A stretch of 62,886 nucleotides of DNA, the filler included, from Aduncisulcus paluster (lineage: Eukaryota), in assembly GCA_024181965.1 (NCBI GenBank). It is 8 parts of 8 records of this genome, joined end to end, with 100 filler letters (N's around TTAATTAATTAA, not from the genome) between each part and the next. Parts side by side here need not be neighbours in the genome. Positions count along the whole stretch, not along the records: positions 11,489 to 17,766 come from BQXS01012348.1; positions 17,867 to 23,642 come from BQXS01012349.1; positions 23,743 to 35,572 come from BQXS01012350.1; 5 more parts are not named here. One strand, given 5' to 3'. Below are positions 11,489-24,214 of the stretch, piece by piece. The notes under the pieces are model-generated. The model saw only the letters and a program-made list of their open reading frames with translations. It ran no database searches and was not told the origin of the DNA. The position numbers and the translations under genes were made by a program. Positions within the stretch are counted from its first letter, which is position 1, and every line of letters starts with the position of its first letter.

Positions 11489-12436
11489 GGCAGTGTGAGT
11501 GCGTTTGCCAAGCGTTGGTGTGCTGATGGCAAGTATGTGAGTGCTAAGGATGACGAAGAATCTGAGTCTGACACTTCCTCAAAAGATGAAGATGAAGACC
11601 CCACTTTGTTTGACCCCATGACACTGAACCCCGTGAAAGTTGCCGCCCTATGTGTTGGCATGATTGAATGTCTCGATGATGTGTTCACGGCAAAGAAGAA
11701 GCTTATTCATCGAGACATCAAACCTGACAATTTCCTCATCCGTGTTGATCCCAAAGATGGAGAATGTGCTGTTGTTCTCGCAGATTTGGGTCTTGTCCAA
11801 ATCAAGGATTCCATCTCTTCGTCGTCGTTTTCCAGGAGTTTTGTTGATTCTTCTTCCGATTCTAGGAAAGATGTTGAAAAGGCTACAGCTCCAAAAGCAA
11901 AACGTTCTGTATGTGGAACACTTTCATACAACTCCTATGAAGCTCTACGAGGTATTCAGAGTCAAATGAGTGATGCATACTCTCTTGGAATTTCTATCCT
12001 CGCTCTATTTTTCGGCTGTGATCCTTTACTTCAAATGCCTGCTCTTCAATTTGTTGGTAGTCCTGCTGAGTTTGTTAAGGAGCTTATGGTTCTTATCAAG
12101 AGTGATTCATGTCCAACCATCGAGGAATCTGATCTTTTCAACTCCCTTTTAATAATTGAGGATGGAAAATTAGAACCTATTCACGAGTGTTTGAATGAAA
12201 TTTACAAGGGTTTTACTCAGTTTGCCAAACACAAACGTATGAGTGTGCACCAAGCTCGTGTAAAAGTCCAATCCATCAAACCCCTTCTGCCCAAAATTGG
12301 GGAAGGATGGAAATGTCCAAGTATTGAAGAGATCATCTCTAACCAGCTCGAGGAGTATGGTGGCTCTGTTGGAACCATCGGGAGTGATCTTGATGGTGTT
12401 GATCTGAAGAGAGGGTGGGATGATAGTCAGAAGTAG
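11489..12436 (+). CDS. Ser/Thr protein kinase, C-lobe, 5'-partial
   Basis: HRDIKPDN catalytic loop, DLG in place of DFG, CGTLSYNSYE, SDAYSLG. Frame is open to the contig edge. Confidence 0.9.
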   Translation, partial: GSVSAFAKRWCADGKYVSAKDDEESESDTSSKDEDEDPTLFDPMTLNPVKVAALCVGMIECLDDVFTAKKKLIHRDIKPDNFLIRVDPKDGECAVVLADLGLVQIKDSISSSSFSRSFVDSSSDSRKDVEKATAPKAKRSVCGTLSYNSYEALRGIQSQMSDAYSLGISILALFFGCDPLLQMPALQFVGSPAEFVKELMVLIKSDSCPTIEESDLFNSLLIIEDGKLEPIHECLNEIYKGFTQFAKHKRMSVHQARVKVQSIKPLLPKIGEGWKCPSIEEIISNQLEEYGGSVGTIGSDLDGVDLKRGWDDSQK

Positions 12437-12813
12437 AGTGTGCTCCGGGGATAAAGATTAGATGTACTTCATTGGGCTCAATTTCATCAGTTCATGAGAT
12501 TCTACTCTATTTATTGGATGCAATGATTAGTTGTCTTTTGTGGTTGACAAGCAGACAAAATCCGATAAAAAATTTAAGATACAAAAAACTTAGACATCAC
12601 AAAAGATGTCACATGTAATTCAAGATCCATAATTATTATTTTAATGTTTGATGCAAAAGAAAATTTTGTTCATTAATTGCTTTGGCGGTTGATATCCAAA
12701 TAAGGTTTGTTTTATCGAGATTAATCAAATTAATTAAATTTTTATTTATTTCTATCCACATGACGGTCTGGAAGGACAAGAGAATTGAAATTCACTGGAT
12801 TTAATTACAGATG

Positions 12814-14166
12814 TTAGAATCTTTCTAGTAATTTCTTTATGAATGCAATACATTCATCTAGTTTATCCTCTTGGGAAGAAGGAAGGGTGAGGTTGAAGCA
12901 TACCTTATCTCCAATCGAATATAAATGTAGGTTCATTTTCCCTGGAGAAGATGGAGGAATCGACGCTGGATCGACCAGAGCTCCCATGAAACACTCACCG
13001 TTAAGCATGGAAACTTCATCAGAGTCGATGGAGAATTCAATTCTGCCGAGATTTGAGGCCATTATTGTTTGGTCTTTTGGAAGGAGAGATAAATAAGATA
13101 AATCGAATGCAGATGGCTTTGTGGATATTAATGTACAGATTAATGAGTGAAATATCGGTTCTTGTGTGAGACAACGCTTTGAACAAGCTTCAGTCCAGAG
13201 TTTAGCGACATCCCAGAGAGAAATATCTTCAGAATCGGCGATATCTATTGTTGGGAAGCATGCTCCACTTCCACTTAAAAACGTATGTTTATGGAAATCT
13301 TTTGGAATAATAAAGGATGACAGAGCACGCATATCCACCGAAACCATAGCTGAGTGCTTCCCCTTCAGGTCCTCTTTGCCCCAAAATACACTATTCACAA
13401 ATGTATTGATAGCTAACACAAGGCCTTGGTATGATATGGAATGATCCTTCACTTTTTTGTGCAAAGATTCCATCGGAAAGTGACCAAAACCACAAACCAA
13501 ATTCGGAAGTTTGTCAGAATGTGGAGGAAGATAAGATGGAACTACGGAAGGATCTTTACATTCGGTCCAAATATCTTTGTATTTGTCCTTCAGATCTTTT
13601 AAATAATCCAAAAGTTGATCTTCTCTATCTACGAACCATTTCCACCTTGGAGAAGCAAAGGAGAGGTGGCCATCAAATTCATCTGGGCTTATACAAGTAT
13701 CATGGATAGCATGATTAAGAATTGAATTGAAAATACGAAAAGTCTGACGACCATCACAAATCAGATGATGAATGAAGAAAAGCACAATTTGTCTTTTATA
13801 AATGGGGCAAGAAACCACAACCATACGGAACAACAAGTTATTTTCAGTCTTTTCATACAAATCTTTTGGTATAAATTTGGAGATGGATTTGGAATAGGGT
13901 TGAGCGAAAATATCGATTTGTTCCATATCGGTTGGCTCGATAAAATCAACAACAACTGGATATTTTGAATCTGGAAGAACAAAATTACTAATCCCATCCT
14001 CATTTGTTTTAAAAACTGCTTGGAAGGCTTGATGAACCTGTAGACTTGATAGAGTTTTTTCCCAAATCTTTTTCTCAATTATTTTCCCGTCAATGCAAGT
14101 AAAATTATAGAGCCACGTAGTTTTTAAAATAAAATCATACCCTTCAAAAGGTCTAATTATCTTCAT
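12814..14166 (-). CDS. Standalone CoA-dependent acyltransferase (condensation-domain / alcohol acetyltransferase fold)
   Basis: 450 aa with catalytic HHLICDG (HHxxxDG), plus VDMR and SNLG motifs typical of AATase/PapA5-like proteins. Confidence 0.8.
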   Translation of the reverse strand: MKIIRPFEGYDFILKTTWLYNFTCIDGKIIEKKIWEKTLSSLQVHQAFQAVFKTNEDGISNFVLPDSKYPVVVDFIEPTDMEQIDIFAQPYSKSISKFIPKDLYEKTENNLLFRMVVVSCPIYKRQIVLFFIHHLICDGRQTFRIFNSILNHAIHDTCISPDEFDGHLSFASPRWKWFVDREDQLLDYLKDLKDKYKDIWTECKDPSVVPSYLPPHSDKLPNLVCGFGHFPMESLHKKVKDHSISYQGLVLAINTFVNSVFWGKEDLKGKHSAMVSVDMRALSSFIIPKDFHKHTFLSGSGACFPTIDIADSEDISLWDVAKLWTEACSKRCLTQEPIFHSLICTLISTKPSAFDLSYLSLLPKDQTIMASNLGRIEFSIDSDEVSMLNGECFMGALVDPASIPPSSPGKMNLHLYSIGDKVCFNLTLPSSQEDKLDECIAFIKKLLERF

Positions 14167-14373
14167 TGTGTCAAAAGATTGACATTTTCCCTTCCAGCAC
14201 AGTTAGTGCATTGAATAATGTCTGTTTGTAATAAATGCTTTTATCTCATAATATATATTTCAGTATATAAGTTTATTATTTAAAAGTCTCTGCAAGAAAA
14301 AATTTGAATTGAAAATCATTGATTTCTCGGCAACTCACAAGAGAGGAGTATATATTTATTGAATTTCTTTTAA

Positions 14374-16092
<1,719 letters not shown>

Positions 16093-16422
16093 ATATTCTT
16101 GTTTTATATTAGGAGTATTTCTTTTCTTTTCTCACGGATTTCTTTTTCGTGTGATATCGAAATATAACTTGCATTTCGACATAATTCAATTAAAATATTT
16201 TTTCTATCAGTAAATCATGTCTATTTTAAACTCAGTTATATCACTGTTATTATTCGGATTAATTTTTAATGATCAGATCCATCTTGGATTTTGCCCACGA
16301 TAGAAGATTAGATTACGTTATAAAGGCATTATCTCGTAATTTCCTGGTTGTATTTAAAAAAAATTTGTGTTTAAGTGAGCTTATAATCTTCCCAACTGAT
16401 TATATTATCCCAATCATTTCAA

Positions 16423-17766
16423 ATGACTTTATTTCATGTTTGTTCGAGATTATATAATATATTAATATTGCCATTTATAAAATTAAAGAAATATATTTGT
16501 GCATTCAGCATTTTTTTTGTATTATATGGATGTAATATCACTGTATTATGTGAAATAGCTAATGTGCCTGATGATGCCCTAAGAGAGACAATGTGTGAAT
16601 ATCTTGGAGAAGATGATTCTTGTCAGCCAACAGTTGATGCATTAAATTCTCTTGAAGGGGATTTTGATGCCTCAAATCAACATATATTATCCATTGTTGG
16701 AATTGAAAATTTAATTAATATTTCAACGATAAACATTAGTAGAAATTCGATTTCAGTTGCCGATTCATTAAATGGTTTGCCAACAGTGACATCCATTGAT
16801 ATTTCTGGCAATCATCTTGAGAGTGCCTCTGTTTCAGACCTTCCCTCGATTGATACTCTTGATTTTTCCAACAATTCTCTTTCGGAGTTTTCCGTGGAAA
16901 ATACTCCCAATCTTTTGACTCTTGATATTGGCACGAACAAGCTTTTGAATATTGACTTTGTCTCATCAATGAGTAAGTTGATCTCTCTTGATGCCTCTAA
17001 TAACGATATCCGAAGCCTGTCAACGAGTATTATTGCGCCTATTTTAGATGTGACAATCGAGTCAAACAATATTATCCAAGTTATCGATGATAGTCCCTCA
17101 AAATCAGTAATTACCTCCCTTAATCTCACTCAAAATGGATCTCTCCAGGCTGTTAACCTCACTTCTTTATATTCATTGCAACATCTTAGTCTTCAATACA
17201 CATCCCTCGATGTTTTATCCCTTTCTTCCCTTCCAACAAGTCTCGTATCGTTGTTCGTCGACCATTGTTCAATATCTTATATTTCTTTCACTTCATTCAA
17301 AGTATTTCCTGACCTCACTCAACTTCGTCTGAACAATAATGCAATTTCTTCCCTCGATCCGATATGTGATCAACAAGATAAAGTCAAAAATAGTCAAGCG
17401 ACAGGACAAAATGACAATATAACAAATCGAATGCAGGGAAAAGTCGAAGAACATCCTGATATTCCTCCTTTTGAAGATGATTCGGATTCGTTTGCTTTGT
17501 TTTTCCCCAAATTAAACTCTCTCGACGCTTCTGTGAATTCCATCACCGATCTCCCTGATCTTTCTGATCTTTCGATGCTCTCTTCTTTAATATTTACAGA
17601 TAATCAGCTTTCTGTTCTTCCATTTGATTTTCTTTCTCCTTCGCTGACGATCGCTTCATTTGACAATAATTACATTGCAAGTTTTGTGCCAAATTCAAAA
17701 GGAGAAGATCCATATCTATCATCGTTATTCTCTGCATTCAAATCCCTTTCACATAATCAACCATCC
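16423..17766 (+). CDS. Leucine-rich repeat protein, probably secreted or surface-located, 3'-partial
   Basis: Hydrophobic N-terminus, Cys-containing cap (VPDDALRETMC) and many LxxLxLxxN repeats. Truncated by the linker; start uncertain. Confidence 0.85.
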
Positions 17767-17866
17767 NNNNNNNNNNNNNNNNNNNNNNNNNNNNNNNNNN
17801 NNNNNNNNNNTTAATTAATTAANNNNNNNNNNNNNNNNNNNNNNNNNNNNNNNNNNNNNNNNNNNN
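17767..17866. other. Artificial contig linker
   Basis: N44-TTAATTAATTAA-N44. Confidence 0.99.
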
Positions 17867-17931
17867 CCAATAATATTTCCTTGTTTTTCATTCATTACTA
17901 TTTTTCTCAATTGTATTTGGTGTAATAACAA

Positions 17932-19200
17932 ATGAAACAACAAATTTCTCATTCGCCTCATAATCCAACCCCTGATCTAAAAGAAAGACTTTTTGAAATA
18001 TTTCCCTGTGATACCCGAGCTGTATTAGCCATGAGATTTGTGGCAGCTCTATACAGTACGGCTATCATATCACTCGGAATTCTGAGAAATGGGAAGTCTG
18101 ATTTGCCATATTTTGGCTATTATACGTCTTTGTCCAACATTGCTACTGCTCTTTATTTTGATTTTGTTTTGATTTTCCACCTGTATATTTATTTTAACAT
18201 TAAAAAGGGGAGAAAAGTTGATATTCCCAATCTAGTTTTATCAATTATCCGAGTATGGTTTTCAGTTATTTCTCATGCTTTATTTATCACATGTCTTGTA
18301 TTTTGGCTGTTTTTGGCAAGATCTCTTGGCTTTGGCGATTATTACACTGTGGATAAAATATACTCTTTTTCTGTGCATGGAGTGAATTATCTTTTTGTCT
18401 TCAGTGAATTAAGTTCAATTCGTTATCGTATGACCTTTTTTGACGTACTGTTGAGTGTTCTTTATGATATTTATTATGTCGTACAAACTAAGTTAATATT
18501 TCCCTTGACCGTGGTGTCTCGTGAATGGAAAAGTGTCTCTCGCCCTCTTCTCTCATCATTCATTACGAATCACCTCCAAGAAAAAGGGATCTGGTTTGAT
18601 GATCCGTATTGGATGGAATATATGGAAGTTAATACAAGCAAAGTCGCTTACCGTGTATTAAATAAGGTTGGACAAACTGTTTCAGGAAGAATTGGCTTTG
18701 ATAATGGGAAATCAAACCTGTTACCATTTGTTGAAGCCGTATCCAATTCCGTTGTGTCGCATGCACACTATGAAACTCCCCGAGCTATTTCCAGAGAAAT
18801 CCCACATGTTAAAAATGCTGTTATTTCTGTATTAAGCGATGTTAATAATTCAACAATGATTAACGAAGCTGTTGAGTCTTGCATGCTATTTCTTTCTGAT
18901 AACCCCCCACAGTATGCCGATGAATATCCGTATTGGTTCATCCCCCTTCTTGATCCACACCCTTGGCTATATGGAATATTTGTCCTTCTGCAATTGCTTG
19001 TTGGTCTCCTGTTTAGATATATCAATTGTTTGTTGACAGAAAAACGAAGTGTAAGTATTTATACCGGTAAATCTAATACGAGAACTGCTAGAACTAGGAT
19101 GAAAAAGGAAGAAAAAATTAGAAAACGTCTGGAAAAGAATGAAAGTAGAGTAGGGAGAGTTCTAAAAAAAGATGTAGAAGAGCAACTCGAATTAAAATGA
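17932..19200 (+). CDS. FAR-17a/AIG1-like multipass membrane protein
   Basis: About 6 TM segments, YYTSLSN (Thr motif), SVHGVN (His motif), YPYWFIPLLD before the last TM, and a basic tail. Confidence 0.65.
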   Translation: MKQQISHSPHNPTPDLKERLFEIFPCDTRAVLAMRFVAALYSTAIISLGILRNGKSDLPYFGYYTSLSNIATALYFDFVLIFHLYIYFNIKKGRKVDIPNLVLSIIRVWFSVISHALFITCLVFWLFLARSLGFGDYYTVDKIYSFSVHGVNYLFVFSELSSIRYRMTFFDVLLSVLYDIYYVVQTKLIFPLTVVSREWKSVSRPLLSSFITNHLQEKGIWFDDPYWMEYMEVNTSKVAYRVLNKVGQTVSGRIGFDNGKSNLLPFVEAVSNSVVSHAHYETPRAISREIPHVKNAVISVLSDVNNSTMINEAVESCMLFLSDNPPQYADEYPYWFIPLLDPHPWLYGIFVLLQLLVGLLFRYINCLLTEKRSVSIYTGKSNTRTARTRMKKEEKIRKRLEKNESRVGRVLKKDVEEQLELK

Positions 19201-19549
19201 TTTAATTGTGTTCTGCAGTTGAACATTATTGTTAATTCACTCAATAAATAAATTATTTTTCACCAATTTCTTCCTCCAAACTCTCAACGAGTGATAAAAT
19301 ATGATTAACAAATTTTAAGAGGATTATTTTATCCGATAGGAATCATTTATAAATGTGAAGATTTTCGTTTTTTCCAGTTTTGGTTTTATTCATCGCAAAG
19401 AAAATTGAATTGACTGAGCTATTTAGGGATGAGAATACATTTACTTTAAATCAGAAATCAAATTATTCAATCCAATTACCTTCCAAATAATAACTAGATA
19501 CGTCTTTTAAAAACATCATAGGAAAGATAATTCGTTTTTTTTGCAATCC

Positions 19550-20758
19550 ATGACAATGGGATTATTTTCAAGTTTTTCATTATTATGGAATGATGTTTTT
19601 TGTGAAAGCACTCGGAAAAAAGAGGCCGAGTTTTATTCTTTCTCCCGTTATGATATTTTTAATGTCCGCTCTCCTGTTTTCCTTAGGATGTTGGTTTCAA
19701 TCTGTATACATCTGATTATCCATACATTATCCTCAAAGCTAACACCCAAATACTTTTTCCCAGCCTTATCACATCCAGATTCCAAGGTACATAAGTTAGA
19801 GTTCCTTGATCGAGCTTCAGAATCCTTAATTAGATTAATCTATTCGATATTCCTCCTTTATTCTGGGATTCAAGTAATTCAACTCTATCCAGATACAGTT
19901 GATAACATTTATGAACATGCATTCCACGCCACCCTTCTCAATGAGACCAGTCTCTTTTTTGCTAGAAGTTTCATCATTCTTACATCACTTGTGATCTATC
20001 CAAATAGAATTTCATGTCATAAGAATCCAAGATTGACAAGATATATCGAGTTCTTTTCCCTATGTTACTCTCTTTCTGCTCTTGGAACTAACATGCAAAT
20101 TGCGACAGTTTTGAGCATGACAACTCGTTTTGGATGTCAAATACTCATTGAATTTGGGCTTATGTTGTATTATATTGCCCAATTCAAGTGGGCGAGGTTC
20201 TATTTATTCCTTTCCTCTGGATTGATCATTATTGCTCTCATGGTCACCGTTCCTTCAATTCTGACGACCCAATTGGTAGAATTCATTGCAAAAACAGTCA
20301 AAAATGTCCTAGATATCCACGAATATAGGTTATATGGATTCCATCTTGTGAAGACTCTTTTTTCCGATCGAATGTTCCGTTTATGCCTAATTCATATGAT
20401 ATCTGTTGTTATCTTATATATCTTTGATTTAATATACTCTCTGAACCTACTCAAGGTTGCCATGGTTCCACCCAAGACCTATCTACACTGTGCGGCCGAC
20501 GAACGAGTTAAAGAAGAGAAAATTCAACAAGAAATGCAAAAAGAAAAGCAAAAAAGAAGAAAAGAAAGGCTGGATCGGTTCAAAGATTCGGTTATTTCGA
20601 AAACTTCGAAGGAATCCATTTCTGAATCTGAAGAGGAGAAAGAAGAGGAGAAAGAAGAGGAGAGAGAAGAAAAAGACATCGGATCTCAGTTTTTTCGTGA
20701 GGAACATGATGTTTCCACTTCACCAAATCCTAAAAGAAAGAGAAAGGAAAGAATATGA
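19550..20758 (+). CDS. Divergent TLC (TRAM/LAG1/CLN8)-like membrane protein
   Basis: First ATG is at 19550. Multiple TM segments, KLEFLDRASESLIRLIY resembles the LAG1 'KF.ES.WR..FY' segment, and the tail is charged. The LAG1 HH motif is not evident. Confidence 0.5.
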   Translation: MTMGLFSSFSLLWNDVFCESTRKKEAEFYSFSRYDIFNVRSPVFLRMLVSICIHLIIHTLSSKLTPKYFFPALSHPDSKVHKLEFLDRASESLIRLIYSIFLLYSGIQVIQLYPDTVDNIYEHAFHATLLNETSLFFARSFIILTSLVIYPNRISCHKNPRLTRYIEFFSLCYSLSALGTNMQIATVLSMTTRFGCQILIEFGLMLYYIAQFKWARFYLFLSSGLIIIALMVTVPSILTTQLVEFIAKTVKNVLDIHEYRLYGFHLVKTLFSDRMFRLCLIHMISVVILYIFDLIYSLNLLKVAMVPPKTYLHCAADERVKEEKIQQEMQKEKQKRRKERLDRFKDSVISKTSKESISESEEEKEEEKEEEREEKDIGSQFFREEHDVSTSPNPKRKRKERI

Positions 20759-21325
20759 TTCTTTTGAATCATCTGTGAAGGAAGAAGAAGAAGAGGAATG
20801 TTTTTTACACGGATTCCCAAGGAGTGATCGACCTTCTTATTCCATTCGGTCTTTGGCGGATGATTTTCGTGATATGCACGTGTCTTCTTCATCTTTCTCT
20901 TCTTTTGATGATCAAGAAGAGTTTTTTCAGTAATAATAACGTTATTTATAAAAATTAGACCACAATTCAAATTTTTTTTTTAATTTTTTTTTCCTGATAT
21001 AATATCAGTGATATTCAAATAACCAATATTGTATTACTCGTGGATTGGGGAAAAATGACAAATTTTACTCACAATAAAACAAACATTCAAAATGACATTA
21101 ATTATAAACATATAGAACCATAGAAACTAAACAAAAACTAAACAAAACAAAATTCAAAATAATAAAAACATAAAAACACTCAAATAAACAGAAAGGGAAC
21201 TCAGTTTCCATGAAGGATTCATGAAAAATAAAATAATAAAAATAAAATAGATATTGAATCAATCATAAATACTTGTATCTAAAACTAAAATCCATGATTT
21301 CATCTGAAGCAAAGGATCCAGATTA

Positions 21326-21967
21326 TTATGGATCAGTATGATCCTTATCCTGCAGATGATCAGCATTTTCCAAAATATATCTCTTGAGCTTTTCACAACA
21401 TTCTTCAAGAATTTTTCGAGTCGTCTTTCCGTTTTTTTGATGCTGTTCCAGAGATTTCTCGATTTTTAAAGATTCTTTTGATGAATGGGAAAACAATCGC
21501 TCAATCATCAGTTTTCCACAACAAAATTGCGATTGTTTTCTCGATATTGCTAATTCTGAATCTAAATCATCTTCCTTCCATTCAGAACAAGAAAAATGTA
21601 GTTGTTCAACTTTGTGTGCGTGTAATGGAAATGAACACCATGAACTATCCCCAATACAAGAAGAATCAAAGAAAAAACGATGTTTAATCTTTTTAGACAC
21701 CGATTTTGTAGAGATAATGATGGATTTTTTGACATGATTGGGAGTGTCAAGATCGGGAACAGCTGGCATGCCAGACCTTTGAAAAAAAATAGGTTTCATC
21801 CAAACACATTTTAATGATACTGGTGCAGTAAATGTGACAAACAACTTCTTATTCATTGAACTCTCGCTACTTTTTGAGGTGGGTTGAATCATGGGGATAA
21901 AATGGGAGCTTTTTGAAGGAAATTTGTCGTATAAAGTCCTATTATAATCATAATTCGGCTTTTTCAT
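21326..21967 (-). CDS. Hypothetical protein with a beta-rich lineage-specific domain
   Basis: 213-aa ORF. The segment LFVTFTAPVSLKCVWM...SSWCSFPLHAHKVEQLHF resembles the N-terminal domain of 57104..61270. Confidence 0.6.
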   Translation of the reverse strand: MKKPNYDYNRTLYDKFPSKSSHFIPMIQPTSKSSESSMNKKLFVTFTAPVSLKCVWMKPIFFQRSGMPAVPDLDTPNHVKKSIIISTKSVSKKIKHRFFFDSSCIGDSSWCSFPLHAHKVEQLHFSCSEWKEDDLDSELAISRKQSQFCCGKLMIERLFSHSSKESLKIEKSLEQHQKNGKTTRKILEECCEKLKRYILENADHLQDKDHTDP

Positions 21968-22223
21968 GGAGTTATCTCACTTCCAATTTGCATCTACAAG
22001 AGCAAAGAGCAATTTTCATTTGATCTCCATGACGAGTCGTCAACTCGGAGTTGACTGTTTCCTTCAAGAAAGTTGCCGGATCGATGGCAAGATAGTGAAT
22101 TCCAAGAAGAAAATAATATATATGTGATATTTTATTGATACCATTAGTATCGAGATGATTACTAAATGATTACTGTCTGTACAAATTGGAACTGCAGTGT
22201 GGATATCAAAATTATCAAGGGAA

Positions 22224-22847
22224 TCACTCCAGGAAGAATATATTTTCTTTCCTTGAAGGTTTGGATTTCATGGCTTTCGGTTTACCAACTCCAACAGCTA
22301 GCATAAGTTTCTGTGGCTTTTCTTCCCAAGGGAAATCCGGAGAGTGGGCCTTCAAATATTCCATGACAGCAATACTAGTCACAGGATTTGTAATACATCC
22401 CACACATATTGACTCATATCCCATTGATTTAGCCGCGATTTGAATTGACTGAGAACAATGGGAAGCATCAAGGGAGCTGAGATGGAGAGCTTTCTCTCCA
22501 ATATCATTTCCTGTGAGGAAGAACGCAACTGGAGCATCATAAAATACAAAAGATCGCAAGCTATGAGCTTTCTTAAAACCAGAATATCTCTTCATTATTG
22601 GGGGAGCATCAGCTAAAATGGTTTCCTCCAACCCAACAGAAAAATCAGCCACTTTGTCAGCTCCTTCCAAAACAAATATATTAACATTTTGGTAATTACA
22701 AGCAGAAGGAGATGATCTAGCACATTCAGCAAGTGTTATCACGTGTTCATGAGGGATGTCAACCCTTTCAAAGGCTCTGCAGCTTTGTCGAGAAAAAATA
22801 GCCTCTACTGTTGAATTAATGGGTTTTATCGATGGTGTATATCCCAT
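22224..22847 (-). CDS. Nitroreductase family (FMN-dependent) protein
   Basis: SRQSCRAF, ARSSPSACNYQN, FYDAPV and IAAKSMGYES motifs; 207 aa. Confidence 0.92.
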   Translation of the reverse strand: MGYTPSIKPINSTVEAIFSRQSCRAFERVDIPHEHVITLAECARSSPSACNYQNVNIFVLEGADKVADFSVGLEETILADAPPIMKRYSGFKKAHSLRSFVFYDAPVAFFLTGNDIGEKALHLSSLDASHCSQSIQIAAKSMGYESICVGCITNPVTSIAVMEYLKAHSPDFPWEEKPQKLMLAVGVGKPKAMKSKPSRKENIFFLE

Positions 22848-23218
22848 TAAACAGGCAAAAGAAAATAGAATGTGTCCAAATTCTCTGATATTTGCATTTA
22901 CTTGCCGCCACCTGCTATCAACTCAACAAGCAAATTATTCCATTGGAAAAACATTATATTATAGTTTTATTTTTTCAAATACGATTCTATTTTAATGTAG
23001 AAGGTTGATACGAAGAAATAGGAAAATGTCCGTCTGTGTTGTGACAAAACATTCAAATGGAAAAAAAATTCAAGAATGATAATAACACGATATAAAGAAA
23101 CATAATAAAACAAATCATAACAATCGATGTTGACGTGACCAAGAGCTAAAATGAAACAAGGGGAAAACGAGAACAAAACGAAAAAAAAAACAGGTAAAAC
23201 AAAAAATAAACAAATATT

Positions 23219-23642
23219 TCAGATCAAAGAAAGCTTCTCTTCTTCTTTACCTTTCTGTTTTGAGATGAAAACCATTGAATCAAGCACACAGAGAGCATTC
23301 ATCAGAATGTCACTCACAAGCATAGAAATATCATGTGAAGGATCAAAAGAAGGATCATCATTTTGGTCAGAATTATTATTACTATTTGCTACAATCGTCA
23401 AAATAGAGTTTGAAAATGATATAAGAATGTTTACAAAAGCCATAGCAAACAGTTTGTAGACGAGATTCTTCTGTTGTTTTGTAGCCATTTCAAAACCCTC
23501 TTTTTCAATCTGTTTGGTGTCTTTACACTGTTTTATGGCAATATATACGAGATACACAAAGATAGCAATCGATAAAATAGATTGAATTCCTGTTCCAACG
23601 ATTACTCGACAAATAATAAAAAATCCAGCAGAATTTTCCATA
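23219..23642 (-). CDS. C-terminal three TM helices of a membrane protein (possibly 7TM/GPCR-like), 5'-partial
   Basis: Pattern is TM, basic loop (KQQKNLVYKL), TM, polar loop, TM ending NALCVLDSMVF. Truncated by the linker. Confidence 0.55.
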
Positions 23643-23742
23643 NNNNNNNNNNNNNNNNNNNNNNNNNNNNNNNNNNNNNNNNNNNNTTAATTAATTAANN
23701 NNNNNNNNNNNNNNNNNNNNNNNNNNNNNNNNNNNNNNNNNN
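23643..23742. other. Artificial contig linker
   Basis: N44-TTAATTAATTAA-N44. Confidence 0.99.
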
Positions 23743-24214
23743 CACAAAGTCCACAGCTGAATTACTCCCATTCTCCTCAAGAGGTGGGTACAACTTCCTT
23801 ATCTTTGCCAAGAATAGGCAATGGGATGGCCAGTTGTACGATGACTTTGTGTCTCAATACTTCCTCTCCAACATGATGACAGAGACATGGATGCGTCCTG
23901 AATACCCTCCCATGTGTTCAAATAACAGCACCGTGACCTACACTATTGCCAATGTCATGGATGTCGACTTTGGGGATGATCTCACGTGGCACTACACCAA
24001 AGATCATTCAAAGTGGGCCATGAAGGATGAGAGAAACGACACTTTCGAATCTCGCGGGCTTTATACTGCATCTGGTGCTGAGTTTGTGTGTGTTGGTGAT
24101 ATCAACAGGATGGACTCTCAAGCTAACCGTGGCGGTGGAACTGTCTGTATGGTGGACTCTGAGTTGTATTCTGCTTTCACTTCCGTGCCAATCGATGCTG
24201 AATGTGGAAATTAA
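23743..24214 (+). CDS. Deoxyribonuclease II, C-terminal part, 5'-partial
   Basis: Frame is open from 23744. IFAK..W...LY, KDHSKWA (catalytic His) and CVGDINRMDSQANRGGGTVC motifs. Confidence 0.93.
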
